Source: Salisapilia sapeloensis CBS 127946 (lineage: Eukaryota > Protista > Oomycota). From it: a stretch of 64,000 nt of DNA. A program made the position numbers and the translations under genes. The notes under the pieces are model-generated. The model saw only the letters and a list, made by a program, of their open reading frames with translations. It had not been told where the DNA came from and ran no database searches. Every line of letters starts with the position of its first letter. Position 1 is the stretch's first letter. Of this stretch, positions 1-13,372 are shown in pieces. The DNA is taken from assembly GCA_023334545.1 (NCBI GenBank), contig JAADVB010000086.1, forward strand, positions 1-64,000. Reading direction: 5' to 3'.

Positions 1-1
1 C

Positions 2-550
2 CACGTAGAAGGCGTCGCTGCTCTTGGCCATAGCGATACCAATGGCGGAGGTGCTTTAAACGTCTTTGGACGAGCCTTCCAAGCCACGGGACTGGAGTGG
101 ACTACGGAGCTGTGCGAGGCGGACTCGGACGACGATGGAGTAACAAATGGCGAAGAGCTCGGTGATCCGTGCTGTACCTGGATTGCTACTGCTGGAGGTC
201 TGCCGAACGGCAAAGAGACGCCAACGCATCCGGGTGTTCCGAACGACTGGACGGAGAATGAAATGGCAGCTAGAAAGTGCCAGGGCAATGACGAAAGTGA
301 CAACGCCGCTTCCAAGTTCACGAAAGCAACAATCGATGACGAAGACGTCTTGCTCAGCCCGACTACAAGCGCTTCAGAAACAAGCGTCAGCCCTACATTG
401 ACATCATCAACGAAAGATGACTCTGTGGATGAAGCGACTAGCCTCTTCACTGAAGATAGCTCAGCGGTCGATGGAAGATGGTCCCATCTGGTGGTAGCAT
501 GGGCTGCTTGTATGATGATAGCCATTGTTCATGCACACGTGGTCATGTAA
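2..550 (+). CDS. Temptin-like secreted/surface protein, 3' part (5' end lies outside the window)
   Basis: Frame 2 from base 2 reads GHSDTNGGGALNVFGRAFQATGLEWTTELCEADSDDDGVTNGEELGDPCCTW (temptin-type motif) and continues in frame into ORF 263-550: Ser/Thr-rich stalk and hydrophobic C-terminus (GPI-signal-like). Confidence 0.75.
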   Translation, partial: HVEGVAALGHSDTNGGGALNVFGRAFQATGLEWTTELCEADSDDDGVTNGEELGDPCCTWIATAGGLPNGKETPTHPGVPNDWTENEMAARKCQGNDESDNAASKFTKATIDDEDVLLSPTTSASETSVSPTLTSSTKDDSVDEATSLFTEDSSAVDGRWSHLVVAWAACMMIAIVHAHVVM

Positions 551-741
551 TAGCCTTCATGCAAAAGAAAGAAGTACAGTAAGCTGGTATAATGTGAGCT
601 CTCGTAACACAATCCAGTATATGTTCATGGACACTCGAGGTGTCCATTAGTAGTCGTTTTACTATTTCTGTCTTGTAAATTTACTATCTTGCTATTACTA
701 TACAAAACCATCTAGTAATCCCACCCGGACACCATTCGAAT

Positions 742-2290
742 ATGTCTGCACCATCGAGCAGCGCGGACCTCTTCACGCAAGTTTACAGCCAGAAAGAGAA
801 CACATCTAGCGATGGTAATGCACCAATAGGGGGTTTCCTAGTGTGTCTCGATGTTCCCGAAGCGACAGAGTTTGGAATTGACTATGAGGTCTATCGGACG
901 GGTCACAAGTTCCAAGGTGTCAAGTTCGTGCCGCTTGGACTGCACTTTGTAGTATTTCGCGCCAAGGATCAGGAACATGGTATTCGCCAAGGTTTCTTCT
1001 TCCGAGTAGAAGAGCACGCACAGGTTGTGGTACGCGAGTGGAGCACCAAGGACGAGGAGCTAAAGCTACCGTCTTCTGGTCTGAACGTAGAGCACCTTGA
1101 ACGTTTGTATTTGGCATTGCGTTGCACCTAGCTAGTCTTTACAGGGCGCTAATTAATAAACTATACAGATGCTGTGCGAGGATTCCAGTTAGATGATGGA
1201 CTGGGGGCCTATCCAAAGCAGCATTTCAAGAGCTGGAGACGCCTATCCAAGTTCATTTCCGATCCCGTCTTGCAGGTACTTGTTGATGACTGTCAAGCTA
1301 CTGTATAGATTTATTGAGATGGTCTGTAGCGCTGTGGATTATCATTAGGTTGTTTGATCCTACCAGGCGATAGTGAATCCTTGTCGTCACTTGGAGACGA
1401 TAACCAAGGGATGGTGCCATATTTTTCAGACGCCTCTCGCACTGCAGTCTTCACGTCACTTTATAAACGCAAGAACGATATATCAGTAGAAGCTCGAACG
1501 CAATACCATTTCGACCGTAGGTAGGTCTTTTAACCTCTTTCTGATTATGCAGTCGATTCATCTTGAAAATCTAGTGAGATGCTAGAGGACTTGCTACGGG
1601 ACACTTTTAATGAGGACTGGAGAGAGATGATGGGCGAGTTCCAACTTGCTTTTATTTTGTTCCTGCAGCTCTCGTCACTCGCTGCATTGGAGCAATGGAA
1701 GCAGGTGAGTCGATAGTGTAGACACGTAGCTTCTTGTATGTCTCATGCCTGCGACTGTAGTTTATTGTGCTCTTCTGTTCATGCGAAAGAGCTTTATACA
1801 GATACAACGATCTGTTCGTGGCGTTCATGAAGACGTTGGAGACGCACTTGGAGCAGATCCCGACCGACTTTTTCCAAGATGAACTGACAAGTGCCAACTT
1901 CCTCCGACCGTGTCTTTCTTCACTCTTGGAGTTACTAGATGATCCAGACATTCCACAAGAGGTACCTTGCTCTTGATACAGTGATAACTTCTTATAGATA
2001 TTAACGACTGTATGCGCATGAAGCTAAGCGAACGCAGTGGTCACCTACGGAGTCTTCTCCACTCTCGTTTCCAGTTTACTCTCGAAGAGGAAGAAGATGA
2101 GTTTGCTCCCGTCGTCGTACCCCTCGAAGAGGTTTCTCCTTACCTATTTTCCTCTCTTTCTTTTCCAATACCAACGTATCGATCCTGCATAGTTGGAAGC
2201 TACGACCTCTAGCTCTACCCCAGGAGTAGATGAAGAGCAGTTGAACGCTGCCATCGCCGCTGACTTTCTCCGTTCGAACCGACAGTCATG
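742..2290 (+). CDS. AAR2: AAR2 U5 snRNP assembly factor (multi-exon)
   Basis: LDVPEATEFGIDY...FQGVKFVPLGLHFV...RQGFF; spliced continuation GLGAYPKQHFKSWRRLSKFIS, MMGEFQLAFILFLQLSSLAALEQWKQ, FFQDELTSANFL; GT-AG introns traced to a TGA at 2288-2290. Confidence 0.9.
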
Positions 2291-2426
2291 AACACATACG
2301 AGCAATGGACCAAGACAACACGAAAACCTTTTCTTCCCTCTTACTTACGATATCACTACGCACATCGTAGCGGCCACTGTCTACACCTTGTGCACAAGCG
2401 TATCCAAATATCTTTTATCCAAAAGC

Positions 2427-4523
2427 TCAGTTCGTCAGGTAAGAAGGCGTGGATGAGTGCCGAAGAGACGGCGCGATGATACTCTTGAGCGTATACGCTA
2501 CCTGCATGGACGTCGGCCGCTGGTCCGGGTCCAAGTTCGTACACTGCTCTGCGAGCTCCCGAATCGACCGCGGACAGTCGTCTCGGAACGGAGCTCGGAT
2601 CTGACCTTTGCGGACGAGGTGGGCGAGCTGCATGCCTGGAATCGGCGTGCCATCCTCCTGCATCCGCACGCTCGCGAACGGCGCTTCCTCCGTGTCGATC
2701 TCGGATAAGACGATGCCGAGGGAGTAGACGTCTGCTCGTTCCGAGTACTTTTTTCCGAGCACGATCTCTGGCGCCGTCCATAGCAACGTTCCGACGCCGG
2801 ACGTCATGGTCTCATTGAGCTTCGTCTTTCGACTGACGCCAAAATCTGTCAGCTTGGCTCTCATGTTTTTATTCAAGAGGACGTTCTTGCTCTTAATGTC
2901 TCGATGGACGACGACTGGACGCATGCAGTGGAGGTAGACGAGGCCTTCTGCAATGTCCATGGCGATGCTCAACTTCTCCTTTGGCCAGGTGAATTGGTTC
3001 TTGTGTTTATTCAGAACGACATCCAAGTCGCCTGCTTCCATGTACTCGACGACGACACAGAGGTCTTTCATAAAGTTCCAGCTGAGACCGATGAACGACA
3101 CGATGTTCGGGTGGTGGAGAGCTGCTACGAGTCGAATTTCGCCTGTGAACTGTTCTAGCGCGACCGTCTGCATGGCTTTTTCAGGCAAAAGTTTCTTTAT
3201 CGCGACGTACTTTGTCTCGAACTGTCCTAACCAGACTTCTCCATACGCACCTTTGGACAAGAGACGCAGGAAGGTGATATCTTGATACGAAATCAGTTTC
3301 TTCCGGACACTCGAGTCCGAGACGAACGTCTTGAGCGTCTCGGATTCGCTACAGTACTCTTCCACGGTCTTGGCGCCGCCACTCGACGTCTGCTTGGGTC
3401 GAGACTTGCGAGTCGTGACCATCGAGGAAGAGCCTTTCGGACGAACGGGCTCTTGACGCGTCGTTCGAACGACTGGATTGGAACGAGGTGCGTCCTGCTT
3501 TTCCCTCGCGACGCTCTCATCTAGATGGTACGAAGAGACTTGTCGGTCGGACGATAGAGACTCCCGACGTTGTCGCTGTCGAGCTTGGGACTCCATGATT
3601 GTGGGACCGAAAGGACCTCCAAGAGCCGGTGACTTGTCGTTCCGCTTCTTCCGACGGAGCCACCAGAAGACAATGCAACCAGCGACGACGACTGCTGCTC
3701 CGACGACGATGATGATGATCACCCACGTCTTGAGACCGCCGCTCTGCTGTGCACTCGTCTCTGCTGCTAGGAGCTTAGATACGTCCATCGGGGTAGGACG
3801 GCAGAAGGAGGCTTTGGACGAAATGCTGGACTCTAGGAGACAAGGGATGGTCGTATCTGGTTCATCTGGACAGGACGATGCGTCTGATTCTTCGAATTGG
3901 ATCGACATGACAGTCATGCTGCTCGATCCGACTGTGATCGTGTTCCGATAGACCTGTGGGTAGACCATGCCAGAGGCATTTGCGTCAGACCAGATGGGCC
4001 CACGCGAAGTCTCGAATTCACTCGTAGACTGGCCGTTGGGAGCAGTCATGATGTCTCCGACGGCACAAGTGAAGGTGGACGGAAGTCTGGAGGAACAATC
4101 CTTGTTGGTCGAGATATGAAACCCATCGCACTCTTCCACCTCGCAGCTTTTATTGAAAGAGGCGCTGGAGAGAGCGATCGTGTCCATGGAAGCACCCTTG
4201 GTGTCGATTCGATCGACATTCTTCTCACAAGCTGTGTACACGGGAGCGATGTGATTATAGTCCGAGTCACCTACGAGGACGTAGCCATAGGCCCATAGCA
4301 GTCCGACACGAGCTTCATCGGAAAGCGAAGTCCAATTTTTATTCTGTTTTGATAAGTACTTGTTAATGTCCACCGGCACGCCCGTGTTCACATTGGACAT
4401 GTCGCTCACATCCCCATCCAATAGGACCTCGGTGATCCGAGAGACGACGTTGGCGTCACCTGCTACGAGAGCGAGTATGCAAGCAGTCCAGAGTATCACA
4501 CTGGGGGTACATCGGTGCTCCAT
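2427..4523 (-). CDS. Single-pass receptor-like TKL protein kinase with Cys-rich ectodomain (intronless)
   Basis: ORF 2427-4553, first ATG at 4523; signal peptide (VILWTACILALVAGDA), TM WVIIIIVVGAAVVVAGCIVFWW, kinase motifs KGAYGEV, VAIK, HRDIKSKN, DFG, WTAPE. Confidence 0.92.
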   Translation of the reverse strand: MEHRCTPSVILWTACILALVAGDANVVSRITEVLLDGDVSDMSNVNTGVPVDINKYLSKQNKNWTSLSDEARVGLLWAYGYVLVGDSDYNHIAPVYTACEKNVDRIDTKGASMDTIALSSASFNKSCEVEECDGFHISTNKDCSSRLPSTFTCAVGDIMTAPNGQSTSEFETSRGPIWSDANASGMVYPQVYRNTITVGSSSMTVMSIQFEESDASSCPDEPDTTIPCLLESSISSKASFCRPTPMDVSKLLAAETSAQQSGGLKTWVIIIIVVGAAVVVAGCIVFWWLRRKKRNDKSPALGGPFGPTIMESQARQRQRRESLSSDRQVSSYHLDESVAREKQDAPRSNPVVRTTRQEPVRPKGSSSMVTTRKSRPKQTSSGGAKTVEEYCSESETLKTFVSDSSVRKKLISYQDITFLRLLSKGAYGEVWLGQFETKYVAIKKLLPEKAMQTVALEQFTGEIRLVAALHHPNIVSFIGLSWNFMKDLCVVVEYMEAGDLDVVLNKHKNQFTWPKEKLSIAMDIAEGLVYLHCMRPVVVHRDIKSKNVLLNKNMRAKLTDFGVSRKTKLNETMTSGVGTLLWTAPEIVLGKKYSERADVYSLGIVLSEIDTEEAPFASVRMQEDGTPIPGMQLAHLVRKGQIRAPFRDDCPRSIRELAEQCTNLDPDQRPTSMQVAYTLKSIIAPSLRHSSTPSYLTN

Positions 4524-6531
4524 CGAGGAAGGGTGGAAATGGAGTGCTAGCACCTGCTACTGGCCAAGTCGGTCTTAAGCTGACTCGCATAGTCGAGACA
4601 AGTATCTGGTATAACAAAAGAGGACCCATCCACGGGATTTGACAAGATGGGAGGCCAGACACGAAGTGGATGCAAATCAGGACCCAAATTACCACAAGGG
4701 GCGGTGTTCGACGAAGTCGATGACGGTGGATGACTAGGCCAGGTCGAGCTGATACCTGTAGATTGTTGAAGACGAAAGGCGTTTGTACCCGTACCTACTT
4801 GATGCAAGGTGAGGTTGCTAAAGCAGAATATTTGCGTTCGTGTCAGTGTTCGTTCGAACGAATGTGTATCTGCCTTGGAGAAAGGATACTTGCGTGTGTG
4901 AGCAGAAGAGAAGCTCTGTAGATTTAAAGACGGTAGATAAAGGCTCATAACGACGCGCATCTCCTAATTCTATGGCATGCGCTTGTTCGTCGTTTGACGT
5001 GAGCTGAAAGGAATTGATTGACTAAAAAATAGAAGTCTTCAATTATCTTCCTTTGCACAATCTGCAGGCGTCATAGCAACAAACGTATAGAGCCTCCAGA
5101 CATTTGGTCATCTTAAGCCGCAGCCCCTTCTGCGACTGCTCTTCAATCGCACCAGTGTAGACTCATGCTTTCAGGCAGCTAGACTCTCCGTTCTAGCACA
5201 TAGACATATATTAGTCAGTTTGGATTAATAGGAAATGTCGAGTGATTACGCCATGTGATGGGCTCAAATTATTACGACGTCGTGATGACTGCCAAGATCG
5301 AGTGGAAATGTACGACCGGATCCAAAGAAGCAAATTCTTCTATGTTAGCAAATCTTGTCATCGAACTGCTTCGCACGTTGCTCTTTTACCCAAGATCTAA
5401 AGACTGCTCACTTGTGTCCACGCAGAAGAGATACATAGGTTGACACTATTCGCGTTATGACCGCTGCCATTTCACCGATATAGAGTATCATCTTGGAAAA
5501 CAATCTCTCCACCAAACTCCATGACACTAACTAGTACACCAGCAGTAGGTTGCACTCCTTCCAGACATTCTATCCGCTTTGGACGAGCTACTCCTTGACT
5601 CACACTTGATCCACAAAGGCTCCAATACCAGTAACCTGGCATTGATAACGCTTCGACCGCTCTCTTTCTTTGTTCTTCACCCATTTTGACTAAATCTTGC
5701 AAAAGCACCTCCGCCTTTGGCATGTACGGAAAAAGATGTGCACTTGACTGGAATAAGATCAAAGTGGACACGTCATGTAGGGTTCGGACTGATGTGGTTC
5801 AAATCGGCCAGACAGGATAGACGCGATCAGACTGGCAACAGATACGGTAGTCAAGTTTCTAGGAAGAGAATGTGCTACTAGAGCTAGGATTCTCGTATAA
5901 AAAAGTAATTGATAAGATAGCATTTGGAGGAGCTGACTCGCCAAGTATCATATTGAAAAGACAAGACTGGAAATCTGGTACTTATGACTCGTTCCTAGGC
6001 TTAAAAGTCGGCGAGCTCAGAAGTTTAGAATAAGCGACTCGGTCGGTTGAAAACGCGTCCTAGGGTTGGATGCTACTTGTGACTACAACACCAACAAGTA
6101 CCACACATGACGTGAAGCAACGTGTGATCTAGAGAGGGTACAAAGATGGTGTCGGTTCGCTAGCAGGATAGGAGGATTCAACGTCAACAAGCGTGCATTT
6201 GAGAGTCAGAGAAGCTGCCAAGCGAATCCAGTATGAGGTGAAAGGACAACTGTTCCTTAGGAGTAAGCAATAAGGATCAAAGCGAAAAGATACAAAGTAG
6301 TGGTAAAATGAACTTTTGCTTGTATAAGTAGTCCATCCCATCCCACGTATAAAGAAGTATCCTACTTGAGCCCCTTTGTCGGCTACTTTTTATTGAAGTT
6401 ACGTCGATTGTACCTAGCTCCAGTCGATCAAGAATCCTAGACCGAGGTTTAGAGCTAGAGTCGAGGCTACTTAACTATGAAAGCCGCTAAGAGATGCTCA
6501 AAGTAGACTATGCAAGCGTTCTTGGATTTGA

Positions 6532-7736
6532 TTAGATCTCGTGCTCTTGCTGTCGCTCCATCTCTTCCTTGGCCGACATGGGCGTCGGTCGCATGGCTCT
6601 GGCCTTGGCCAATCGTTCCGCCAGCACATCATTCTCGCTTTGTCCTGCAGCACCCCCGCCGACTCCATGGCGAACCGAGACATGGGCACACCTGCCTGCA
6701 AACTCCATCAGTGCCTTGGACAATTGGTCCGGTGTGTCTTCCTGGATGGCATGGCCACACCCGTAGAGCAGTCGCAGCTCAAACTTGCCCATCATCTGAC
6801 CTCTCGTGAGTGGCGTGTCGAGTCGGTCGGACCCCGCGAGCACCAGGATCTTGGCTCCTGGCAGCGCTAAGAATGCTTCCGATAGACCTTGGAACCAGTC
6901 TCGCCAGTACTTGGCGCTGCGACTGAGGTTGGTGCGCCAGACGAGAGACCCGTCATCGGCTTTTTGGAGCTGGGAAGGAGTGGATACGGCGGCAGCGACG
7001 CCGTTGCGACAGGTGCCAGAGTGGACACTCCAGTCGACGGCAGCTTGGTAGGATGGGAAGCTCCTAGGTCGCTTCGACAGCACTGTATCCATGTGTTGGA
7101 GAGAGGCCATGGCCGTGCCTTCCACGACGTCGACGACCATGGTGCCTACGATAGACGGGATGCGTTTGGATTCGCACACCCTGACAGCGACAGCTCCACC
7201 CATGCTATGTCCAGCGACGATAGTCTGAGGCTGTGAGTCGTCATCAGCGGGAATCAGTTCGTTCGCTACGAGCACGACGTCGTCTACCATCCTGTTCATG
7301 GATAGATCTGCGTCATCTGAAGTGGTGGTACCGCCTGATTCAAAGCGTTATAGAGATAGAGACGTAGGAGAGTAAGGATAGACGTACCATGGCCTCGAAA
7401 GTCGATGGCATGGACGACGAAATGCTTTCTTAATTCCGCCTATAATACTTCCTATTGGCTCCGCATTCTTGTGTATAGGATCGAACAAGAAGATTACCGC
7501 CACGAGACTCCATGTCATGGACGTGTATCCAGCGCCATGCAGCAATACAAGGTGTGGTCCATGATCTCCAGCTCGATACGTCCGAAAGATCTAGGATATC
7601 CCATATCGTCATCTTCGGAGCTCATTGCACGTATAAAGGTACAAAGTCGAGGTACATCTCCATTGTCGAGCGTCACATCTACAATTTCGTCGAAGTAGTG
7701 TCTCCAGACCGTGTCGACATCGGCGTACTCGGCCAT
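6532..7736 (-). CDS. PPME1: Protein phosphatase methylesterase 1 (alpha/beta hydrolase)
   Basis: Spliced MAEYADVDTVWRHYF...LLHGAGYTSMTW...AIDFRGHG joined to ORF 6532-7299 with GHSMGGAVA, VVDVVEGTAM, KILVLAGSDRLDTPLTRGQMMGKF, GHAIQED. Confidence 0.92.
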
Positions 7737-7918
7737 CTTGGACTCGATGCTTCCTGCGTTATACGATGCCACTGATAAAATACAAACTGCCATCCTAAAT
7801 TCCGTCGCCAGCAAAGCGAAAGGAGCAGCATGGCGACCTTGACGGACGCTCTGTTGCGCCAGTGGAGCTCCACGGGGAGCACTAGCGTGTACATTTCGTT
7901 TATACAAGTAGAGGAGAG

Positions 7919-10900
7919 ATGGGAGAGAGAACTTATGCTGTTTTTGAATCGGATAGGCGGACGGCTTTGACGAAAGCGGTGGGGAAATCCAAAGGCGCGT
8001 TGAATGCGACGCAGGTCTCGGATACCAAGGGTGCGTACTGCCATAGTTGGTTTAAAGTGGAAGGGGTGGTAGCTGAGGTGTGTATATAGAACTGTATGGA
8101 CTGCTGTATGAACTCGTGTGGGCAGTCGCAAAGGACAAGCTGGCCAAGCGGGATATGCTGGCGCTCTTTAAGGACTTGGACATGGTAGCACAGACTCTAG
8201 GATAGTATATAAAGTGGATAGAGTGCTCATATCGTGTCTTGGGTATGCTAGAAAGGGAATGCAGCAGCGAGTGAAGTGTTCGCGGACCTCTTGTGGACCA
8301 TCGGTGCGTCTCTTTCTCCTCCTCGTGGCCACTGCGTTGTAACTATTCTACGTAGGGAACGAGATCGAGTTGCGTCATGGCAAGTCGTATCAGTCGACAG
8401 TAGAGTGGCAGCACCTCAGTCGTCTCGTCAAGAGTCTCGCGGATGAACACATCGTGCCTTTAATGCAGCTCAAGATGACGCTGGAATTCGATCTTTTGCA
8501 TGAAGCTGGTCTAACGGAAGACTCACAGAAGATCCGTAAGAAGCTCATTCGTATCAACACCAAGACGTTTTATACGCAAGTCAAATACAATCTCCTTCGG
8601 GAAGAGAGTGAAGGGTTTGCCAAGGTCCTCGGGCTCTTGCATCGAGGCATTTCGAACGACGTGCTCGAGTCGAGTAAAGCAGACTTGCTGTCTCTCATCG
8701 GGTACTTTAATCTAGATGCGAATCGCGTCTTGGACCTTGTGCTCGACGCGTATGAGTCCGATCCGCGCAATGACTGTTTCCTCGACCTCCTCTCGACGTT
8801 CAAGCAAGCGAGTATCCCTCACGTCCTCGGTTTCAAGTTCCAATTCTACGCGAGACACGAAGAGGAGGACGCCAAGGAGACACCTGCGAGTCTCTGTCGT
8901 CTCGCAGCGGCCATGGTCCAGCACCAGGTGATCACGTTAGATTCGTTACTGCCGCATCTCTCTCCGTCGAAGGCGAGTGTGATTTCAAAGGCCAAGGAAG
9001 AGCAGGAGAAGCTCGAGAAGAAGGCCAAGTCCTTTGGCAAGGTCAACCTCGGAGCGAAGCCTTCGGACGAGAAGGAAGAAGTCGAGGAAGACAAGGAGCC
9101 TTGGAACCAGATCTATGGTCTCATGCGAGGCTTGTTGGAGATTGGCGCGACGGACGTTGCTTTTCGTATGATGGACGAGTTCCGGAAGGAAGGCGTGGAT
9201 CCACTCGGTCATCCGCAGCTATCCCATCAGCTCTGTCATCTTGTCCACTCGCAAGTGTATGAACTATGCCAAGACCTAGTCTATCGAGACACGCCGCTCT
9301 TGCCGACGAAGCAGAAGGGGACGTTCATCTCGCTCGAACCTAGTTTCACGCCATCTCCGTTCGTCACGCCGTTAAAGACGTATGAAGAGGTGGTGGAACA
9401 AGTCTACCCGACGCTCGAGATGCTTTCGTCTGAATTACATCGAGACCAGCTGCTCTTGACGCAATTGCTTCGTCTGACGAAAGCGATACTGGCGTCTGGT
9501 AACGACCAAGTGGCTGACAAGACCAAGCGCGTCGTGTCTCGCTGCTTCCTCCCGTCTCTTTCTCGCCAGGCCTGCAACCCGAGCACCGCCTTCTTCCTCT
9601 GGGACGTCGTCAAGCCTCTCACGTTCGAAGACAGATACCGTCTGTATCAGCAGTGGGAAGCTTCGTACGCGCTCTCTCCGTCTATGCAGCTTGTCGAGGC
9701 GCAGACCGTCCAGAGCACACGCAAAGTCATGCGTCGACTGACGGCCGACCGCGCGAAGCAGTCTGCTCGGAGTCTCACGCACGCAGGCCACTCGAATCCG
9801 CTCGTGGTCTTCCGAACGATGCTCCGGCAGATCCAGTCGTACGATAACTTGATCCAGCCCGTCGTCGAGAGTTTCAAGTTCATGACGTCCTTGGCGATGG
9901 ACGTGCTGTCCTTTTGCCTCGTGAGCGAGCTGAGCAAGTCGCAGCAGTCCATGAAAGCCGACGGGACCAACGTCTCGTTGTGGCTCACGTCTCTCGCGAA
10001 CTTTGCCGGTAGCTTCTACCGCAAGTACCCGACTGTCGAGCTCTCGGGTCTGCTCCAGTACCTCTTGCAGCGTCTTCGGAACTGGCAATCCGTCGACCTC
10101 GTCGTCTTGAGCGAACTCCTGAGTAAGATGGGGTCCTGCGTCAGCTTCGAAGACATCTCGTGGAACCAACTAGAGGCGCAGGCCGGTGGACCGCATCTCT
10201 GGCACGAGCCGTCGGACCCCAAGGTCCTGAATCGACGCGCAGTGCCGCGACTGCGAGACGCGCTGGTGAAGCGGCAGATGGCTCTCCCGCTCTGCCTGCT
10301 CATGTGCCAGATGCGGTCGAAGATCGAGTTTGACGACGACCCGTCGACCAAGCACCTCAAGCTCGTCGGACGCTTGTACGACACGTGTCAGATGACGTTG
10401 AGTCAGTTGCTCGACTTCCTCTACGGCGTCGTGGATCCAGACGTCTACATGCGGATGCTCCCGTCCGTCTCGAGTCTCATGCACGAGTACCACATCTCTC
10501 CGGAGTTGGTCATGACGCTCTGTCGTCCGGCCATCCGCTTCGACGACCCGCTGTTGAAGACGACGCCACGTAGTGTCCATGCGATCGGAGGCGGGAGTCG
10601 AGCTGATGATGCAGATCGGAAGGCATGGAGCATGACGTCTAAAGAGCTCGAAGAAGACGTGTCATCTGCTCTGCAAGGCCAGGTGGAAGGTCTGACGACG
10701 CGTCTGTATTTGACGTTCTGGAGCTTGATTCTGTATGACCTGCATGTGCCTTTTCAGCAATACGACGTTGAGATCCAGCGTCTTCGAGCGTCTAGTCATG
10801 GCTCTGCAAGTGACGTGAAGAAGAGCAAGGAGAAGGCTTCGCAGCGTATGGAGAAGCTGACGAATGAGCAGAAGGACCAAGTGGCGCATCGGAAGCGCGT

Positions 10901-12191
10901 GATCGAGCGTCTGGAAGCGGAGAAAGCGCTCTTGTTCCGTCCGGAAGACTATGTGAAGAGCGAGACGAGTGTGCATGACTTGCTCCAGAGGTGTGTCATC
11001 CCGCGAGCGCTCTTGTCTCCTGAAGACGCACTGTTCTGCGCCAAGTTCGTTGATAAGCTGCATGCCGTGAGCACACCTGCGTTCAGTACGTTGCAGTACT
11101 ATCACAAGTTGATGGAGAAGCTCCCGACGTGCGTCTTGTGCGTGACGGAGCGAGAGGCGGGGAACTTTGGCGTCTTCCTCAAGGAGACCATGGGCGTCTT
11201 GCTTGGCTGGTATGAGAGTCTAGGTGTGTATCAGACGGAAGCGTTGGAAGGCAAGGTTGGGTTCTCGCTAGACCTTGTGAACCCAGACTCCAAGATGACG
11301 CACGGGCAGTACAAGCGCATGTACGCCAAGTGGCACCAGACGATGACGACGGTGTACATGACGACGCTGGGTGGGAAGGCGTACATGCCAGTGCGCAACT
11401 CTTTGGTCGTCCTGACGAAACTCATTGACGTCTTTCCGTCGTGTCGCGTGACGGCGGCGTATCTCTTGGAGATCGTCGAGGAGCTGACGAAAGAAGAGCG
11501 GGAGGATCTCAAGATCATGGCCAAGAGGTACTTTGCGCTCTTGACGAAGCGCAAGGCGTCTCTGTCGGAAGATCGATTGTTGTCGCAGAACCTGACGCCG
11601 AAAGAAGACGCCAAGGAGGAGAAGGAGATGGAGGCGGGGGAAGTGGACAAGGAGGAGGAGAGCGAGCGGCGAAGGAGGAGGAGTAGTGAGCGGCAGGACG
11701 ATCGACGTCGGCGAGAGAATCGGACGAGTCGGACGGACGACGAAGGAAAGAGTACGTGGCAGGAGCAGGACGAGCGGAAGAGACAGAGGTTTGATCAGAC
11801 GGAAGCGGCGTTGCGTCGGCAGCTGACGGAGCAGAAGGAGCAGGAGAAGAAGCCGGAGGGTCAGGAGAAGAAAAAGGTCGTCTCGTTGAATCGGAAGCGA
11901 GGGCGGGAGCAGACGCAGGAGGAGGAGTCTGCGCCTGGGATCCTGTCCGGAGCCGACCATCCCGACGGCAAGCGACGTCGAGAGAATCGACCGGATAGTG
12001 GCGAGAAGCGTCCAGACGACAAGAAGCGCGGTCGGAACCGAGGTCGCAACGACACCAACCAAGGGAGTAACCAGAACAGTCGCGACCAAGGAGGTCGTGT
12101 GCGTCCGAATCGGAATAATGGACAGGAGCACTATGGAAGTGACCGAGGCGGACGTCGAGACAACACGAGTCGTCGGAATCAGCGCAGATAA
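7919..12191 (+). CDS. THOC2: THO complex subunit 2
   Basis: RINTKTFYTQVKYNLLREESEGFAK, LIGYFNLDANRVLDLVL, QIQSYDNLI, KADGTNVSLWLTSLANF, CVIPRALLSPEDALFCAKF, charged C-tail; three small 5' exons from ATG 7919 precede ORF 8370-12191. Confidence 0.95.
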
Positions 12192-12248
12192 GAAAGATAA
12201 AGCCTTGGAGCATGCATTTCTTTTTCTTTTTCTTTTTCTTTTGCAGTT

Positions 12249-13372
12249 CTAGACGTACGAGACGGAGCGAGTACTTGTGTTTCGACTCGTATGCAGTTGG
12301 ACATCACAGTCCGATGCTTTCTTTATGGAAGAGGACGAGACGGCGAAGCGTTTGTCTCCGTAGATGAAGACGGAGGCGACGACGAGGACGACGCCGGCGT
12401 AAAAGGATAGAGGCGCCTGCTTGTCAAACATATAGTTGGAGATGACGCAGCTAAAGACGAGCGAGAAGGACGTGCCAAAATTCTTCACGACATTGTCCGA
12501 GTAGCGGACGACGGCGGCGATCGTGAGACCTCCGACGGCTTGGAGGAAGATGACGGCCCACACAAGCGAGTGGAAGCCGTGGAAGAGACCGTCCGTCCAG
12601 ATCGTCTCGACGTTCCGGACCATGTCCATGCTCGTGAACAGGACCGAGACGGCGGAGAGCTGGAGGTTGCGCGCCCACAGCGGATCGAGCGTCGGTCGCG
12701 TCACATACGATTTGTGCGCTTTCATCACGCGCTCAAAGTACGCGGCGGCAAGGCCGGAGTTGACGGCTAGACCAGTAACGATCGCGATGCCGATCGCTCT
12801 CGCACTGACGCTCCGATGGTCCTCCACCTGGTCTTCGGATGCAGACGGCAGACGAGAGTAGGAGCAGACGGCGACGCCGACCATGAGTGTGCACATGGCT
12901 GTCCATTGGACATAGCTGAATTGCCGGTGTAAGAGTACGAACATGAATACAGCAGTGGTGATGATCTTTAGCTGGTATACAATCTGGTACGTCGCGACGT
13001 CGACGTAGTCGTAGGCGAAGAGCGCCATAACGTTCTGAAAGGCATACAGCAGCGCCAGGACCGTGATCTTCCTCAGCCCTTCGAAGTCGGCAAAGATCTC
13101 ATACTTGAGCGTCCGAATGGCTTGAGGTACTCTCCATCGCTTTTGCTATAGCATACGAGTGTTATGGAGATTCAAATGTGCAGGAGAAGCTGTCTGGACA
13201 CCTTGAGTAGGACGAGGAACGAGATGAAGAATTTGAGCGCTTCCACGAGACACACCGCAGTGGACGGACTGTACTTGGCACTAGATGCGACGCGCGAGTA
13301 TTTCGATACGATACTCAAGGCCGTGTTCTGCACCACGAGCATCAGGAAGCTCGCGTGCTTGACGCTTGGCAT
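12249..13372 (-). CDS. Nucleotide-sugar (UDP-galactose/CMP-sialic acid, SLC35A-type) transporter
   Basis: LMLVVQNTALSIVSKYSR...AVCLVEALKF; YDYVDVATYQIVYQLKIITTAVF, YFERVMK, WARNLQL, VVRYSDNVVKNF; one intron near 13150-13200. Confidence 0.9.

Noticed and set aside
5040-5700. In-frame TGA codons in short minus-strand frames suggesting selenocysteine or recoding
   Set aside because: No recognisable selenoprotein motif or SECIS; all confident genes in the window use the standard code.
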